Assembly (NCBI GenBank): GCA_035193785.1
Contig: CP136572.1
Span: 1,716,578 to 1,780,577 of the forward strand
DNA from: Planktothrix sp. GU0601_MAG3
GTDB taxonomy: Bacteria; Cyanobacteriota; Cyanobacteriia; Cyanobacteriales; Microcoleaceae
DNA length: 64,000 bases
Direction: 5' to 3'
Under the pieces are notes generated by a model, which made no database searches, had not been told where the DNA came from, and saw nothing but the letters and a program-made list of their open reading frames with translations. A program made the position numbers and the translations under genes. Shown here piece after piece: positions 11,528 through 21,883 of this stretch. Numbering within the stretch: position 1 is the stretch's first letter; every line of letters starts with the position of its first letter.

Positions 11528-12716
11528 CTATTTAAGTTCTTTGAGACTATCTAACACCTCTTGATAGGCTGCTTTTCGACCTAATTTATTATAGAGTTCT
11601 GCTGCTTTTTGAAAATCCGATCTAGCATTGACTTTATCCTTCAATTTTAGATAAGCCAAAGCTCGATTATAATAGGCATCAGCAAAACCGGGATTTAAAC
11701 GAATGGCTTCGGTATAATCCTCAATTGGATTAGGGGCACGGGTGGGTTCACCAATATTAGTGGCTAAAAGAGTCCGGGCAATCCCCCGATTAAAATAGGC
11801 TTCCGGGGTGTTAGGATTTAATTCTATGGCTCGATTAAAAGCATCAATTGAATCCCAAATTTCTCCTTGATCTAATAAAGTTAATCCTTGAAAATAAAAT
11901 GCCTGATAGGTTTGGGGAAAATCCAAGGAAACCGGGTTAGCTTCCGGTAGTTTTTCATCAATGACTAAATCCGATGATTTTAAACCCGTTTCTAATAATT
12001 TTACGATAAATAAATTAATGGGAATAGCCGCATTAAATCCCGTTTTAATCGGAGCCACATCACCGGAACTGGTTTGGGCAAAGCCAAATTCCCCCTGTCC
12101 ATGTAACCCCACTACCCGGCCTTCAGAATCGAAAACCGGCCCCCCACTCATGCCACTCCAAGTCACCGCTTGATAGCGTAAATTATAGCCTTCTGGACGA
12201 TTTTTGGGGCGACTGGTAACCAATCCTGGGGATAATTCCGGTTCCCTTTCCACTCCAGTTAATCCCCCGGTTGCCGGATATCCATAAACATAAATCTGAG
12301 CGCCAATAACCGCTTGTTCAGAATTACCTAATGTAGCAATTGGGTAGTTTTGAGAACTTTCAAATTGAATAATAGCTAAATCCGGTTCTTGATCATCATT
12401 TTGTAGCCGAACAATTTTCATCTGCGGATGACTATTTCCATCGGAGGTTCGCACACTATATTTAACATTCGGATCTTCTACAACATGATTCACCGTCAAA
12501 ACCGTATAAACCCCGTTATTTTTAGCAATAATTACCCCAGACCCATCCCCCAAGGGACTGTTAATTTGTACGGTAATGGGTTTCGGCGATTGCTGCCACC
12601 TGTTGCGCCGTTTTTGCCAGGACAATTGTAGATTGACTCACAACCATTGTGACAACCGTTGCTGTTCCCGTTAGCAGATAAAGCAGGGAATCAGATGAAA
12701 ACGATCCTAAACCCAT
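11528..12716 (-). CDS. Trypsin-like serine protease with C-terminal TPRs; one apparent +1 frameshift
   Basis: Catalytic triad motifs LTVNHVV, PDLAII, GMSGGP; TPR repeats; signal-like N-terminus from ATG 12716. Shift at GTTTC 12580-12584. Confidence 0.85.
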
Positions 12717-12956
12717 AATTTAACTCCTAGATATAAATTCCCTTGATTTGCCATCACCCGTTACCCTTTAAAAACTAGGACAAAATTTACAATAGGACGA
12801 TTTGATCAATAGACGCAAATTCACTGAATTTTGTTCATTATTTTTCTGACTTCCATCTGAAGTTAATCCCAATTAGACGAGCTTGCGAGTCGGGAAAAGA
12901 TTACCTCAAAGGCAAAATCTGTCTCAAAAGTGGAATTAATCAACAGAAATTTGGTA

Positions 12957-14567
12957 TTATTCAGTCAATTTTAATCGAAATAGGGACAGGTGATTAATCA
13001 TCGCTTGGGTTAATCCTTCTAAAGTATATTCTTGGGGTTCAATATCTACTCGTCCCAACAAACTTTGACAACTTTTAGAAGTTTGGGGGCCAATGGAAGC
13101 AATACAAATCCCGTCTAAATAATTGGGGGGTAAGGATTGTTCCGGTAGGGCTTGAATCAGTTGGCAGAAATTTTTAACGGTTTTAGAACTAGCAAAAGTA
13201 ATTATATCAATTTTTTTACTCCGTAGAGCTTCTAAAACTTCAGGGGAAATATTATCAGGACAACCGGATTCATAGGCGGCAACTTCTATCACAATTGCTC
13301 CTTTGGCGGTTAATTCCTGCACTAAAATTTCCCGTCCTCCGGTTTCAACTCGAGGGAATAAAATTCTTTTTCCTTCTAGGGACTCTGGGAAATGTTCGAC
13401 TAAAGAATCCGCAATAAAATCCGGCGGAATAAAATCCGGTTTTAAACAAAGTTTTTGTAAACTAGAGGCGGTTTTTTTCCCGACTACGGCGATTTTAGTT
13501 TTACCTAAACTGCGGGTATCTTTTCCCAGGGTAATTAATCGATTAAAAAAGTATTCTACTCCATTAGAAGATGTCAAAATTAACCAATCAAAGCTATGTT
13601 CTGACGAACTTCCTAATTGTTGAATAGCTTGATCTAAACTCTCCCAACTAGACGGAGGGGTAATGACTAAAGCGGGCATTTCAATAACAATTGCTCCTTG
13701 AGCTTTTAATAAGTCACTTTGGAGACTTGATTGTTCGACGGAACGAGTTACTAATATAGTTTTACCAAATAGGGGTTGGTTCATAGTAGCCGAATTTAAA
13801 ATAGAATTTTGAGGCAGTTTTTCCAGTTGCCAAGGGTATTGATCTGGGTTAATAAAATCCCGTAGGCGAACAACTTCACCCACCACAATTACACAGGGAG
13901 ATAGGGATTGATTGGCTGTTATTTCTACAATATCATTTAATGTACCCACCCAAACTTTTTGTTGGGGACAACCGCCGGATTGAATAATAGCAATTGGGGT
14001 TTGAGGAAGTCTTTCATGGCGTAAAAGTTGATGGACAATTTCGGCTAAATTCCGTCCTCCCATTAAAATAACTAGGGTTTCTATCTGGGAAACAATTTGC
14101 CAATCTAGGGCTTCTAAATCATGGGCGGTTAGGACGGCAAAACAACGACTCATCACCGGGTCAGTTAGGGGAATATGGGCGAGGGTTGGAGCCGCTAAAG
14201 CTGAAGAAAGTCCGGGGATTACTTCAAATTGGCATTGGGATTCAATTAAGGCTTGAATTTCCGATGTTGTCCGCCCAAAAATAAAAGGATCACCTCCTTT
14301 TAAACGAATTACTTGTTTTCCAGCTTGACAATGTTGAACTAATAATTGATTGATTTCAGTTTGGAGAGTGCTGGGTTTTCCACCGCGTTTTCCGACTTCT
14401 AATTTTAAACAATTTTTCGAGACTAAGGTTAAAATAGAATCATCGACTAAAGCATCATAAATGATGACTTCCGCTTGGGAAAGTAACTGTTGGGCTTGTA
14501 GGGTAAGATAGGCAATTTCCCCTAGCCCAGCCCCCATTAAATAAACTTTTCCAGTTGGGTTGATCAT
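12957..14567 (-). CDS. cobA: Uroporphyrinogen-III C-methyltransferase / uroporphyrinogen-III synthase fusion (CobA-HemD)
   Basis: VYLMGAGLG, RLKGGDPFIFGR, then HemD motifs LTSSNGV, TFASSKTV, SIGPQTS. Confidence 0.93.
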   Translation of the reverse strand: MINPTGKVYLMGAGLGEIAYLTLQAQQLLSQAEVIIYDALVDDSILTLVSKNCLKLEVGKRGGKPSTLQTEINQLLVQHCQAGKQVIRLKGGDPFIFGRTTSEIQALIESQCQFEVIPGLSSALAAPTLAHIPLTDPVMSRCFAVLTAHDLEALDWQIVSQIETLVILMGGRNLAEIVHQLLRHERLPQTPIAIIQSGGCPQQKVWVGTLNDIVEITANQSLSPCVIVVGEVVRLRDFINPDQYPWQLEKLPQNSILNSATMNQPLFGKTILVTRSVEQSSLQSDLLKAQGAIVIEMPALVITPPSSWESLDQAIQQLGSSSEHSFDWLILTSSNGVEYFFNRLITLGKDTRSLGKTKIAVVGKKTASSLQKLCLKPDFIPPDFIADSLVEHFPESLEGKRILFPRVETGGREILVQELTAKGAIVIEVAAYESGCPDNISPEVLEALRSKKIDIITFASSKTVKNFCQLIQALPEQSLPPNYLDGICIASIGPQTSKSCQSLLGRVDIEPQEYTLEGLTQAMINHLSLFRLKLTE

Positions 14568-14792
14568 TGATAAATTTCATAAAAATTCAGGTTCAAATCT
14601 AATTTTATCCTAATTTCAGGGTGTGAAACTTTAAGAAGTGTCACAGGAGCGATCGCAATCTGAATATTTTTATCCATAATCGGGATTAAAAGGGAATAGG
14701 GAATAGGGGTAATACTTCTGGCAGTTTCATGTCAGTATTAAAATATTACAACTAATTTAGGATTGCTATATTATTAATGAGGATTGATCATT

Positions 14793-15570
14793 ATGAGAAT
14801 ACAGTTTAATTATGGTTTTTTTGGTTTGGGATTAACCATCATTTTGTTAATTTTATTTAGTGTATTACAATGGTTGCAAATTTCGGCGGGAACCTTTTTA
14901 GATTGGGTAATTGCCTGTGCCATTTTTTGGTGGTTATTATTAATTGTAACCGTTCCTTGGAATATTCATTTTGAAGCTAAAGAAGTTTTAGCCGAAGCCG
15001 AAGAATCGAAAAAAAAAGGGATTCCCGTTGAAGCGAAACAAGTGGAATATGTGACCAAGTTAGCCCGACGTTCCTTGGGGGTGGCTTTGGGTTTACATTT
15101 GATATCTACTTTCGGACTTTATGGGTTAGCTTGGTCGGGAATTAGTCTGGTCGGTTATTTGGGTGCGGGGGCGGCTTTATTATTAACTATTTTACGGCCA
15201 TCGGTGCGGGCTTACCAATATTTATCAATCCGATTATCCATGGTTTCGCCGTCAAATTTCCTATCCCCGCGAGGACGTGGTAGAACTGCGAAATCGCTTT
15301 GAAACTATAGAATTAACTTTGAAAGAATTACAACGCCAATTAAACCTCAAATATGCGGATTCTTGGGCTTCTCAACAGGAACAAAGATGGCAAGCAACCC
15401 GCCAAGATTTCACCCGATTAACGGCGGATTTGGAATCCTTAAAATCCACTAATTTATCCGAACATGAGCGTTTAGAAAAAGAAGCTAAAAATGCGATCGC
15501 TCAATTAACCACCGATGGACAATTCCTTAATCATGTTAGGGAAATTATTAGATTTGTAAAAGAGGCCTAA
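14793..15570 (+). CDS. Hypothetical membrane protein with C-terminal coiled coil; one apparent +1 frameshift
   Basis: Several TM segments, LLIVTVPWNIHF. Correcting GTTTC 15243-15247 joins the two ORFs (258 aa). Confidence 0.75.
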
Positions 15571-15639
15571 AGATGGGGGGGGAGAAGGGAAAATAATCAT
15601 CTTTCTCCCTTTTTTGTGTCTTTGTGTATTTGTGTTTTC

Positions 15640-16993
15640 TTAAATTTCATAAAGTCTTCTGAGTAAGGCTAAAATTTGATCGCCGTAGGTAGAATCATCT
15701 GACCATCTCCCGCTTAATTGTTGGACAAAAGGAGCAATTCCTCGGGTAACAAATTCAAAGCGAGGATCAACAATATCTTGGACTAAAGGTTCATAACTTG
15801 CATAGGCTTTTAGATGTTGAATATGGGCCCTAACTCCGATTTGAATTGTGGGGAAAGAAGCACTTTCTGCCGCTCCCCCCAAACTTCCTAAACCTCCAAA
15901 ATTGTTTTGTTCGGGTTTGAGAGTTCCGCCAAATTTTAGAAAGTCAGTTTCCAAACACATTTGACAAAATGCAATATCATGGTTTACTCCTTCTATGGCC
16001 GCTTCTTCTCGATAAAATTTAGCAATTTCAGGCACGGTATTGGGCATCTGATAATCTTGAGTTTTAATAAACATAATTAGTTGAACTTCTGTGGTTAAAC
16101 CATTGCCCATAATTTGATCCATTTGACTATTATAGGGACGAATATTAGAACGAAAAACCACACTTCGATTGGGATTATCCCAGCCCACATAAATTCCAAA
16201 ATTCTTGAAATCAACAGCCCGAATATAAACAATATTATTATGTTTAATTCTTCTAATTCTAGCAGAAATTTGTGATAAATTCAATCCAAATTTATCGACT
16301 AGATCAATGGGAATATAAGCATTTCCATTAACTAAAATCCCATTTTCCCCATAGCGACGACCATTAATATTAATTCCAATAGAACCATAAACTGGCGTAC
16401 CTGGGGGAACAGTTGGAATAGGATTTGTTGGACTATTTCCTAACCAATTAGTGAGTCCATTGGCAATTCCAATCGCCATATCTTGACGTCGGGTTTGAAT
16501 CAAAGCCCGATCGGTGGGATTAGTTAGAAATCCCAATTCCAGATAGAGGGAAGGAATACTAATCCAACGGCAAAAAATTAAACTTCCTAAGCCAGTTTCG
16601 GTGTCCGGTTTTGCCCCTCGATTGGGGAGTTGAGGGACTTGTTGCAGCAGGGATAATAATAGGGATTCCGCGTCTTGTTTTCGAGATTGATTGCCCGCAA
16701 TATAAAAGGCTGTAGCCCCTCGAATTAGGGGGTTTGATGAGCCTCCTATTTGCAATTCTAAGGCGATATCTCCTGGGCGAGAATGGGTATTAATCCAATC
16801 AATGGTTTGAGTTTGACTCAAATCATCGGGAAACCGAAATCACTTGTAAACCCCGAGAGCGCAATTCACCGACGACTAAATCCCGAATCCGAATCATTTC
16901 TTGGGCTTCAGTTGTTCCCCCAGCAACCGTACCTGGGTCTCTTACACCATTTTCAAATCCTCCATGACCTGCGGATAAAAAAATTCTTGTCAT
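15640..16993 (-). CDS. Cell-wall hydrolase: amidase_3-like N-terminus plus glucosaminidase-like C-terminus; one apparent +1 frameshift
   Basis: MTRIFLSAGHGG..DPG..TEA, LELGFLTN, AFCQMCLETDFLKFGG..QNNFGGLG, GVRAHIQHLKAYA. Shift at GAAAC 16830-16834. Confidence 0.85.
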
Positions 16994-17050
16994 TAGTTTA
17001 TGCTCTCAATTTTAAGTTTAATATTAAGGTTAAATATTTTAATTCCCATT

Positions 17051-17419
17051 ATGGTTTTACACTGTAATCAGGCATTTGTCACCCTTGCTGATCCAAAAAT
17101 GGAAATTTTGGTTGAGTTTTATGCTCAACTGTTCGGAATACAACCGTTAAATTATATTCCCCATTGTTATGCGGAATTTCAGTTAGCGAGTTTGAAATTA
17201 GGAATTTTTCAACCTAAAGCTACTGATGTTTCTGAATTTTCTCCGACGGGTAAAACGGGGATGAGTATGTGTTTAGAAGTCCCGGATTTAGAACAAGCGA
17301 TCGCCCATTTAGAAAATCTAGGATATCCTCCCCCGGGAGAAATCATCATGGCTGCCCATGGTCGAGAAATTTATGCTTATGATCCCATGGGAAACCGTTT
17401 AATTTTATATCAAATTTAG
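17051..17419 (+). CDS. VOC/glyoxalase family protein
   Basis: FYAQLFG, MSMCLEVPDLEQAI, HGREIYAYDPMGNRL. Confidence 0.8.
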   Translation: MVLHCNQAFVTLADPKMEILVEFYAQLFGIQPLNYIPHCYAEFQLASLKLGIFQPKATDVSEFSPTGKTGMSMCLEVPDLEQAIAHLENLGYPPPGEIIMAAHGREIYAYDPMGNRLILYQI

Positions 17420-17428
17420 GGGAATTAT

Positions 17429-17722
17429 TCACCCCATAAAATCCAAGAGGGTGTAAAGGCTTAGAATTAACAATAATATTGCCAGTTTTTGGGTAAGTGC
17501 TGGACGGGGGGAGGGAATCATGGCTTCCCGAATTAAAATCGAAGTAGATGATCCCGCGACATAACTCATCGACAGCACCAAATAGGGCCATTGTTGATTC
17601 CCTATCCAAATTAAGAGTAAAAAAAATCCCAATATTAACATCAGTAACTCAATAAATTGAGGTGGGTTATATTGGGCTGATAAAACTAAAGTTTGCCACC
17701 AAAAATTCCAACGTCTCAACAT
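17429..17722 (-). CDS. Small hypothetical membrane protein
   Basis: 97 aa with three hydrophobic segments; lies downstream of the PRTase gene on the same strand. Confidence 0.65.
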   Translation of the reverse strand: MLRRWNFWWQTLVLSAQYNPPQFIELLMLILGFFLLLIWIGNQQWPYLVLSMSYVAGSSTSILIREAMIPSPRPALTQKLAILLLILSLYTLLDFMG

Positions 17723-17749
17723 GATTAATCATCAATTGTGCATCGGAAT

Positions 17750-18490
17750 TTATTGTAGCCAAGTTTGTTGTTGTAAATTGGATAAAGCCGTTTCTGTCTC
17801 TACTTGCTCAAACTGTTGATAAAACCGACCAACATTAAAAAAAGGATAGGGAGTTTCTAATACAATAACCCGTTCGCCCCATTGCTGCATAGAAGGAATT
17901 AATTCTAGTGGTGCCACGGGAACACAAATCCAAATTGCCAGGGGGTGATGGGCTTTTAATGCCTTTGCCGCCACGGCCATGGTCATTCCGGTGGCAATAC
18001 CATCATCGACAATCAAGGCTAAAGCTCCATGGGGGTTAATCTCAGGACAGGCCGGAGAGAGCCTTTCCCAAGCCTGCTGGGCTTTTGTCTGAGCCTGTTC
18101 TAACATCTTCTGTTGAAGCTGAAGATCTAGGGGTTTGCGTTTCGACCATAAAACATGGCCATCGGAGGTCACTGCACCCAAGGCTAATTCTGGGTTATCG
18201 GGGAAGGTGATTTTTTTGGCTACAATCACACTCAAAGGAGCGTGCAACCCCCTAGCAATGGGTACGGCCACGGGTACACCCCCCCGGGGTAAGGCATAAA
18301 CAACAATTTTTGTATCCCGATTTGGGTGTTCTAAACTCATCTGCAACAAAATTTCTTTTGCCAGTTCTTCACCCGCTTGAGTTCGATCTTTAAATATTGG
18401 TGTGAATAACATGATCTGCTTGCCCCCGATCATTGCATCATCTCTATGATGACTGTTGCCGTTGAGAGTTGCAACTTCAGAAATTCCCAC
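17750..18490 (-). CDS. Phosphoribosyltransferase family protein
   Basis: FKDRTQAG, ALPRGGVPVA, PRPP motif LIVDDGIATGMT. True start may be ATG 18412. Confidence 0.88.
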   Translation of the reverse strand: MGISEVATLNGNSHHRDDAMIGGKQIMLFTPIFKDRTQAGEELAKEILLQMSLEHPNRDTKIVVYALPRGGVPVAVPIARGLHAPLSVIVAKKITFPDNPELALGAVTSDGHVLWSKRKPLDLQLQQKMLEQAQTKAQQAWERLSPACPEINPHGALALIVDDGIATGMTMAVAAKALKAHHPLAIWICVPVAPLELIPSMQQWGERVIVLETPYPFFNVGRFYQQFEQVETETALSNLQQQTWLQ

Positions 18491-18566
18491 TGGATGGAAA
18501 ATAGTTGTAAATTGGGTATCGGTTAATCATTAATACCCCATACCCTAAATTTTACTACCTTTGATT

Positions 18567-19265
18567 ATGTCTGATCACGAACAACTGAGTTTATTTGATT
18601 TTACAAATACTGAATCTGCTGCCCCGTCAACAAATTTCAATCGGGATTTAATTCCGACCGATGCTAAAATTGCAATTCCTGTAGGAACTTATCAAACCTT
18701 AGAAGAAATTGCTAACCATTGTAATCATTGTTATCGATGTGAATTAGGGCAAAATCGTACCCATGCGGTTATTGGTCGTGGCAATATTCAAGCGCCAATT
18801 ATGATTATCGGGGAGGCGCCGGGGCAAAATGAAGATGAGCAGGGTTTACCTTTTGTTGGGAGGTCGGGACAACTGTTAGAAAAAATTTTGGAATCCGTTG
18901 GTTTAACTACGGAAAAACAGGTTTATATTTCTAATGCCATTCGCTGTCGTCCGCCGAGTAATCGCACCCCCACCCCGCAAGAAATTGAAGCCTGTAAACC
19001 CTATTTATTAGAACAAATTCGTTTAGTTAATCCTAAAATTATTTTATTAACTGGCGCAACGGCGGTTAAATCTCTGTTGGGAGATAAACGGGGAATTAGT
19101 AAAATTAGGGGGCAATGGATGGAGTGGGAAGGTCGATTATGTATGCCGATTTTCCACCCAGCTTATTTATTAAGAAATCCTGCGAAGGAACCCGGATCTC
19201 CAAAATGGTTAATGTGGCAAGATATTCAGAAAGTTCAAGATAAATTGAATGAATTAATTAATTAA
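18567..19265 (+). CDS. Uracil-DNA glycosylase family 4 (Fe-S)
   Basis: C..C.RC.L, IGEAPGQNED..G.PFVGRSG, CRPPSNRTP, FHPAYLLR. Confidence 0.93.
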   Translation: MSDHEQLSLFDFTNTESAAPSTNFNRDLIPTDAKIAIPVGTYQTLEEIANHCNHCYRCELGQNRTHAVIGRGNIQAPIMIIGEAPGQNEDEQGLPFVGRSGQLLEKILESVGLTTEKQVYISNAIRCRPPSNRTPTPQEIEACKPYLLEQIRLVNPKIILLTGATAVKSLLGDKRGISKIRGQWMEWEGRLCMPIFHPAYLLRNPAKEPGSPKWLMWQDIQKVQDKLNELIN

Positions 19266-19442
19266 ATATCGCCCCCGTAGTGAGCCCTTCAGGGCTCTCT
19301 TAGAGCGTGATTAATGATCTCAATCACAGATAAACCCACCCCTAAAACCAATAAATAATTTAGTTTGGGCGATGGGCAATCCTGAACACCCTCTTTTGTG
19401 ATAACTTATAAATAATAATTATGAGGTTAAATAAATAATATC

Positions 19443-20634
19443 ATGGGTCTTTCTATTCTAAGTTTAATTCGGTTAAGTTGCAGTTCCTTATTAGCTAATC
19501 CCGTCCGTTCTTTTCTATCAGGAATTGGGGTATTTATGGGAGTCGCGGCGGTGAGTGCCACCTTGCAAGTTAAAAATATTAGCACGGCGGTTATTAAGCA
19601 ACAATTAGATGAACGAGATGCACCACAAATTGGTATAGATTCACCCCGGAACCCGATTACAGAACAGTGGGCAGAACTTAGTTTAGAAGATATCATAATC
19701 CTGAAAAAACAGTTAAAAGGCTTAAAATCTATTAGTGGCAGCAGTGGGTTATACTGGTCGGTACAGGCTGTTTTTCAGAATCAGAAAGCCGATCCCTCTT
19801 TACAGGCTATGACCGTCGATTTTTTAAACACATCAGGACGTAAATTAATTGCTGGACGACCTTTTAATTCCAGTGATTTTGAAACCTATCAACCCGTGGT
19901 TATTATTGATCAATTTTTAGCAGATAAACTCTTTGGAAGTACAGATCCTTTAGGAAAAACTATTTATATTAATTTTAGACCCTATGTAGTGGTTGGGATT
20001 GTTGTAACTAAACCTCTATGGAGCGGGCAAGAACCAAAAGGGTTTGTTTATGTTCCGATGGCAATTCATAGTGCAGTTACAGGACGAAAAGAAATCGAAA
20101 GTTTGCTCTTGCGTCCCTCTAAAATTGAAAATTTAGATTCTATGAGTGAACAGGCTAAAAAAATATTAGAAAAAAGGTTTTCTGGGTATGAAATTTATCC
20201 TTGGAACACATCTGAGGACATTTTGGAACAACAAAAAACCCTGGATTCTGTTTCTAAAGCCCTATTAGTGGTCGGTACAATTTCTTTAATTATAGGCGGA
20301 GTTGGAATTGCTAATATTACCATCGCCTCAGTCATAGAAACGTACCCCAGAAATTGGACTCAGGCGGGCGGTGGGTGCGACCCAATTAGATATTATGTTA
20401 CAGTTTATTTTAGAAGTCGCTATTTTGAGTTTTGTGGGAGGAACTATTGCGATTATCACTATTCATGGTGCGACGGTTGTTGTGGCTAAACAATTTAAGT
20501 TACCATATAAGTTTGAACATAAAACGGCTGCATTAGCTCTGAGTTCCGCCATATTAGTTGGAGTAGGAGCAGGATTTTTTCCCGCCTTACGGGCCAGTCA
20601 ACTTGACCCAGTAAAAGCGTTAAGAGGAGAATAA
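19443..20634 (+). CDS. MacB/FtsX-type ABC transporter permease; one apparent +1 frameshift
   Basis: RSFLSGIGVFMGVAAV, GGVGIANI..SVIERTPEIGLRRAVGA, PALRASQLDPVKALR. Extra A at GAAAC 20337-20341 relative to the neighbouring paralogue (GAAC). Confidence 0.9.
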
Positions 20635-20656
20635 AAACCATTAAAAACACCGCATT

Positions 20657-21841
20657 ATGAGTCTTTCTAGTCTAAGTTTAATTAAATTAAGTTGCAGTTC
20701 CTTATTAGGGAGTCCAGTCCGTTCTTTATTATCAGGAATTGGGGTATTTATGGGGGTAGCTGCGGTGAGTGCAACCCTGCAAGTGGGTAATATTAGCAAG
20801 GCGGTGATTGAGCAACAATTAGCTGAAGAAGAGGCTCCGCAAATTTATATCTTTTCACGAGGAAATCAGATTACTGGACAGTCAACACCACTCAGTTTAG
20901 ACGATATTACCATATTAAAGCAACAGTTAAAAGGACTAAAATCAATTAGTGGCTTCAATTGGATGCTCAACCCAGAGATTATTTTTCGAGATAACCAAGC
21001 AAACCCTAATGTTCGGGCTGCAACCATCGATTTTTTAAACACATCAGGAACTAAATTACTAGCTGGGCGTTCTTTTACCTCTAGTGATTTTGAAAGCTAT
21101 AAACCTGTCATTATTATTGATCAATTTTTAGTTGATAAACTCTTTGAAAGTATAGATCCTTTGGGTAAAAATGTTTATCTAAATCTTCGACCTTATACCG
21201 TAATTGGAATTATTAAGCACAAATATGATGAGGGGAGAGAACCCTATGGAGTTATTTATGTTCCAATGGCTATTTACAGTGCAATTACAGGTGGAGAAAC
21301 CATTAGAATTATGTCATTACGTCCCTATGAAATTGAAAATTTAGATATTTTAGAAAAACAAGCAATAAAAATATTAGAACAACGCTTTACCGGGCATAAA
21401 TTTGGGGCTTATAATAATATTCAAGAAATTTTAGAACAGAAAAAAACCCTGGATTCCGTTTCAAAAGCGTTATTAGTTGTAGGTGCGATCGCTTTAATTG
21501 TAGGAGGAATTGGAATTGCTAATATTACCATCGCCTCGGTGATAGAACGTACCCCAGAAATTGGGCTCAGGCGGGCGGTGGGTGCGACCCAATTAGATAT
21601 TATGTTGCAATTTATTTTAGAGGCGGCTATTTTAAGTTTAATTGGGGGAACTATTGCCATTGTCACCGTTCATGGTGCAACGGTTATTGTAGCCAAACAA
21701 TTTAAGTTACCCTATAAATTTGAAAATAGAACGGCTATATTGGCTCTGAGTTCGGCTATATTAGTAGGAGTAGGAGCCGGATTTTTCCCAGCTTTACGCG
21801 CCAGTCAACTTGACCCCGTAAAAGCCTTAAAAGGAGAATAG
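20657..21841 (+). CDS. MacB/FtsX-type ABC transporter permease (tandem paralogue)
   Basis: Same motifs as the upstream gene; intact 394-aa ORF. Confidence 0.92.
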   Translation: MSLSSLSLIKLSCSSLLGSPVRSLLSGIGVFMGVAAVSATLQVGNISKAVIEQQLAEEEAPQIYIFSRGNQITGQSTPLSLDDITILKQQLKGLKSISGFNWMLNPEIIFRDNQANPNVRAATIDFLNTSGTKLLAGRSFTSSDFESYKPVIIIDQFLVDKLFESIDPLGKNVYLNLRPYTVIGIIKHKYDEGREPYGVIYVPMAIYSAITGGETIRIMSLRPYEIENLDILEKQAIKILEQRFTGHKFGAYNNIQEILEQKKTLDSVSKALLVVGAIALIVGGIGIANITIASVIERTPEIGLRRAVGATQLDIMLQFILEAAILSLIGGTIAIVTVHGATVIVAKQFKLPYKFENRTAILALSSAILVGVGAGFFPALRASQLDPVKALKGE

Positions 21842-21883
21842 GGGAAAATAAATAATTGAACACAAAATCAGGGATTAAGGGTT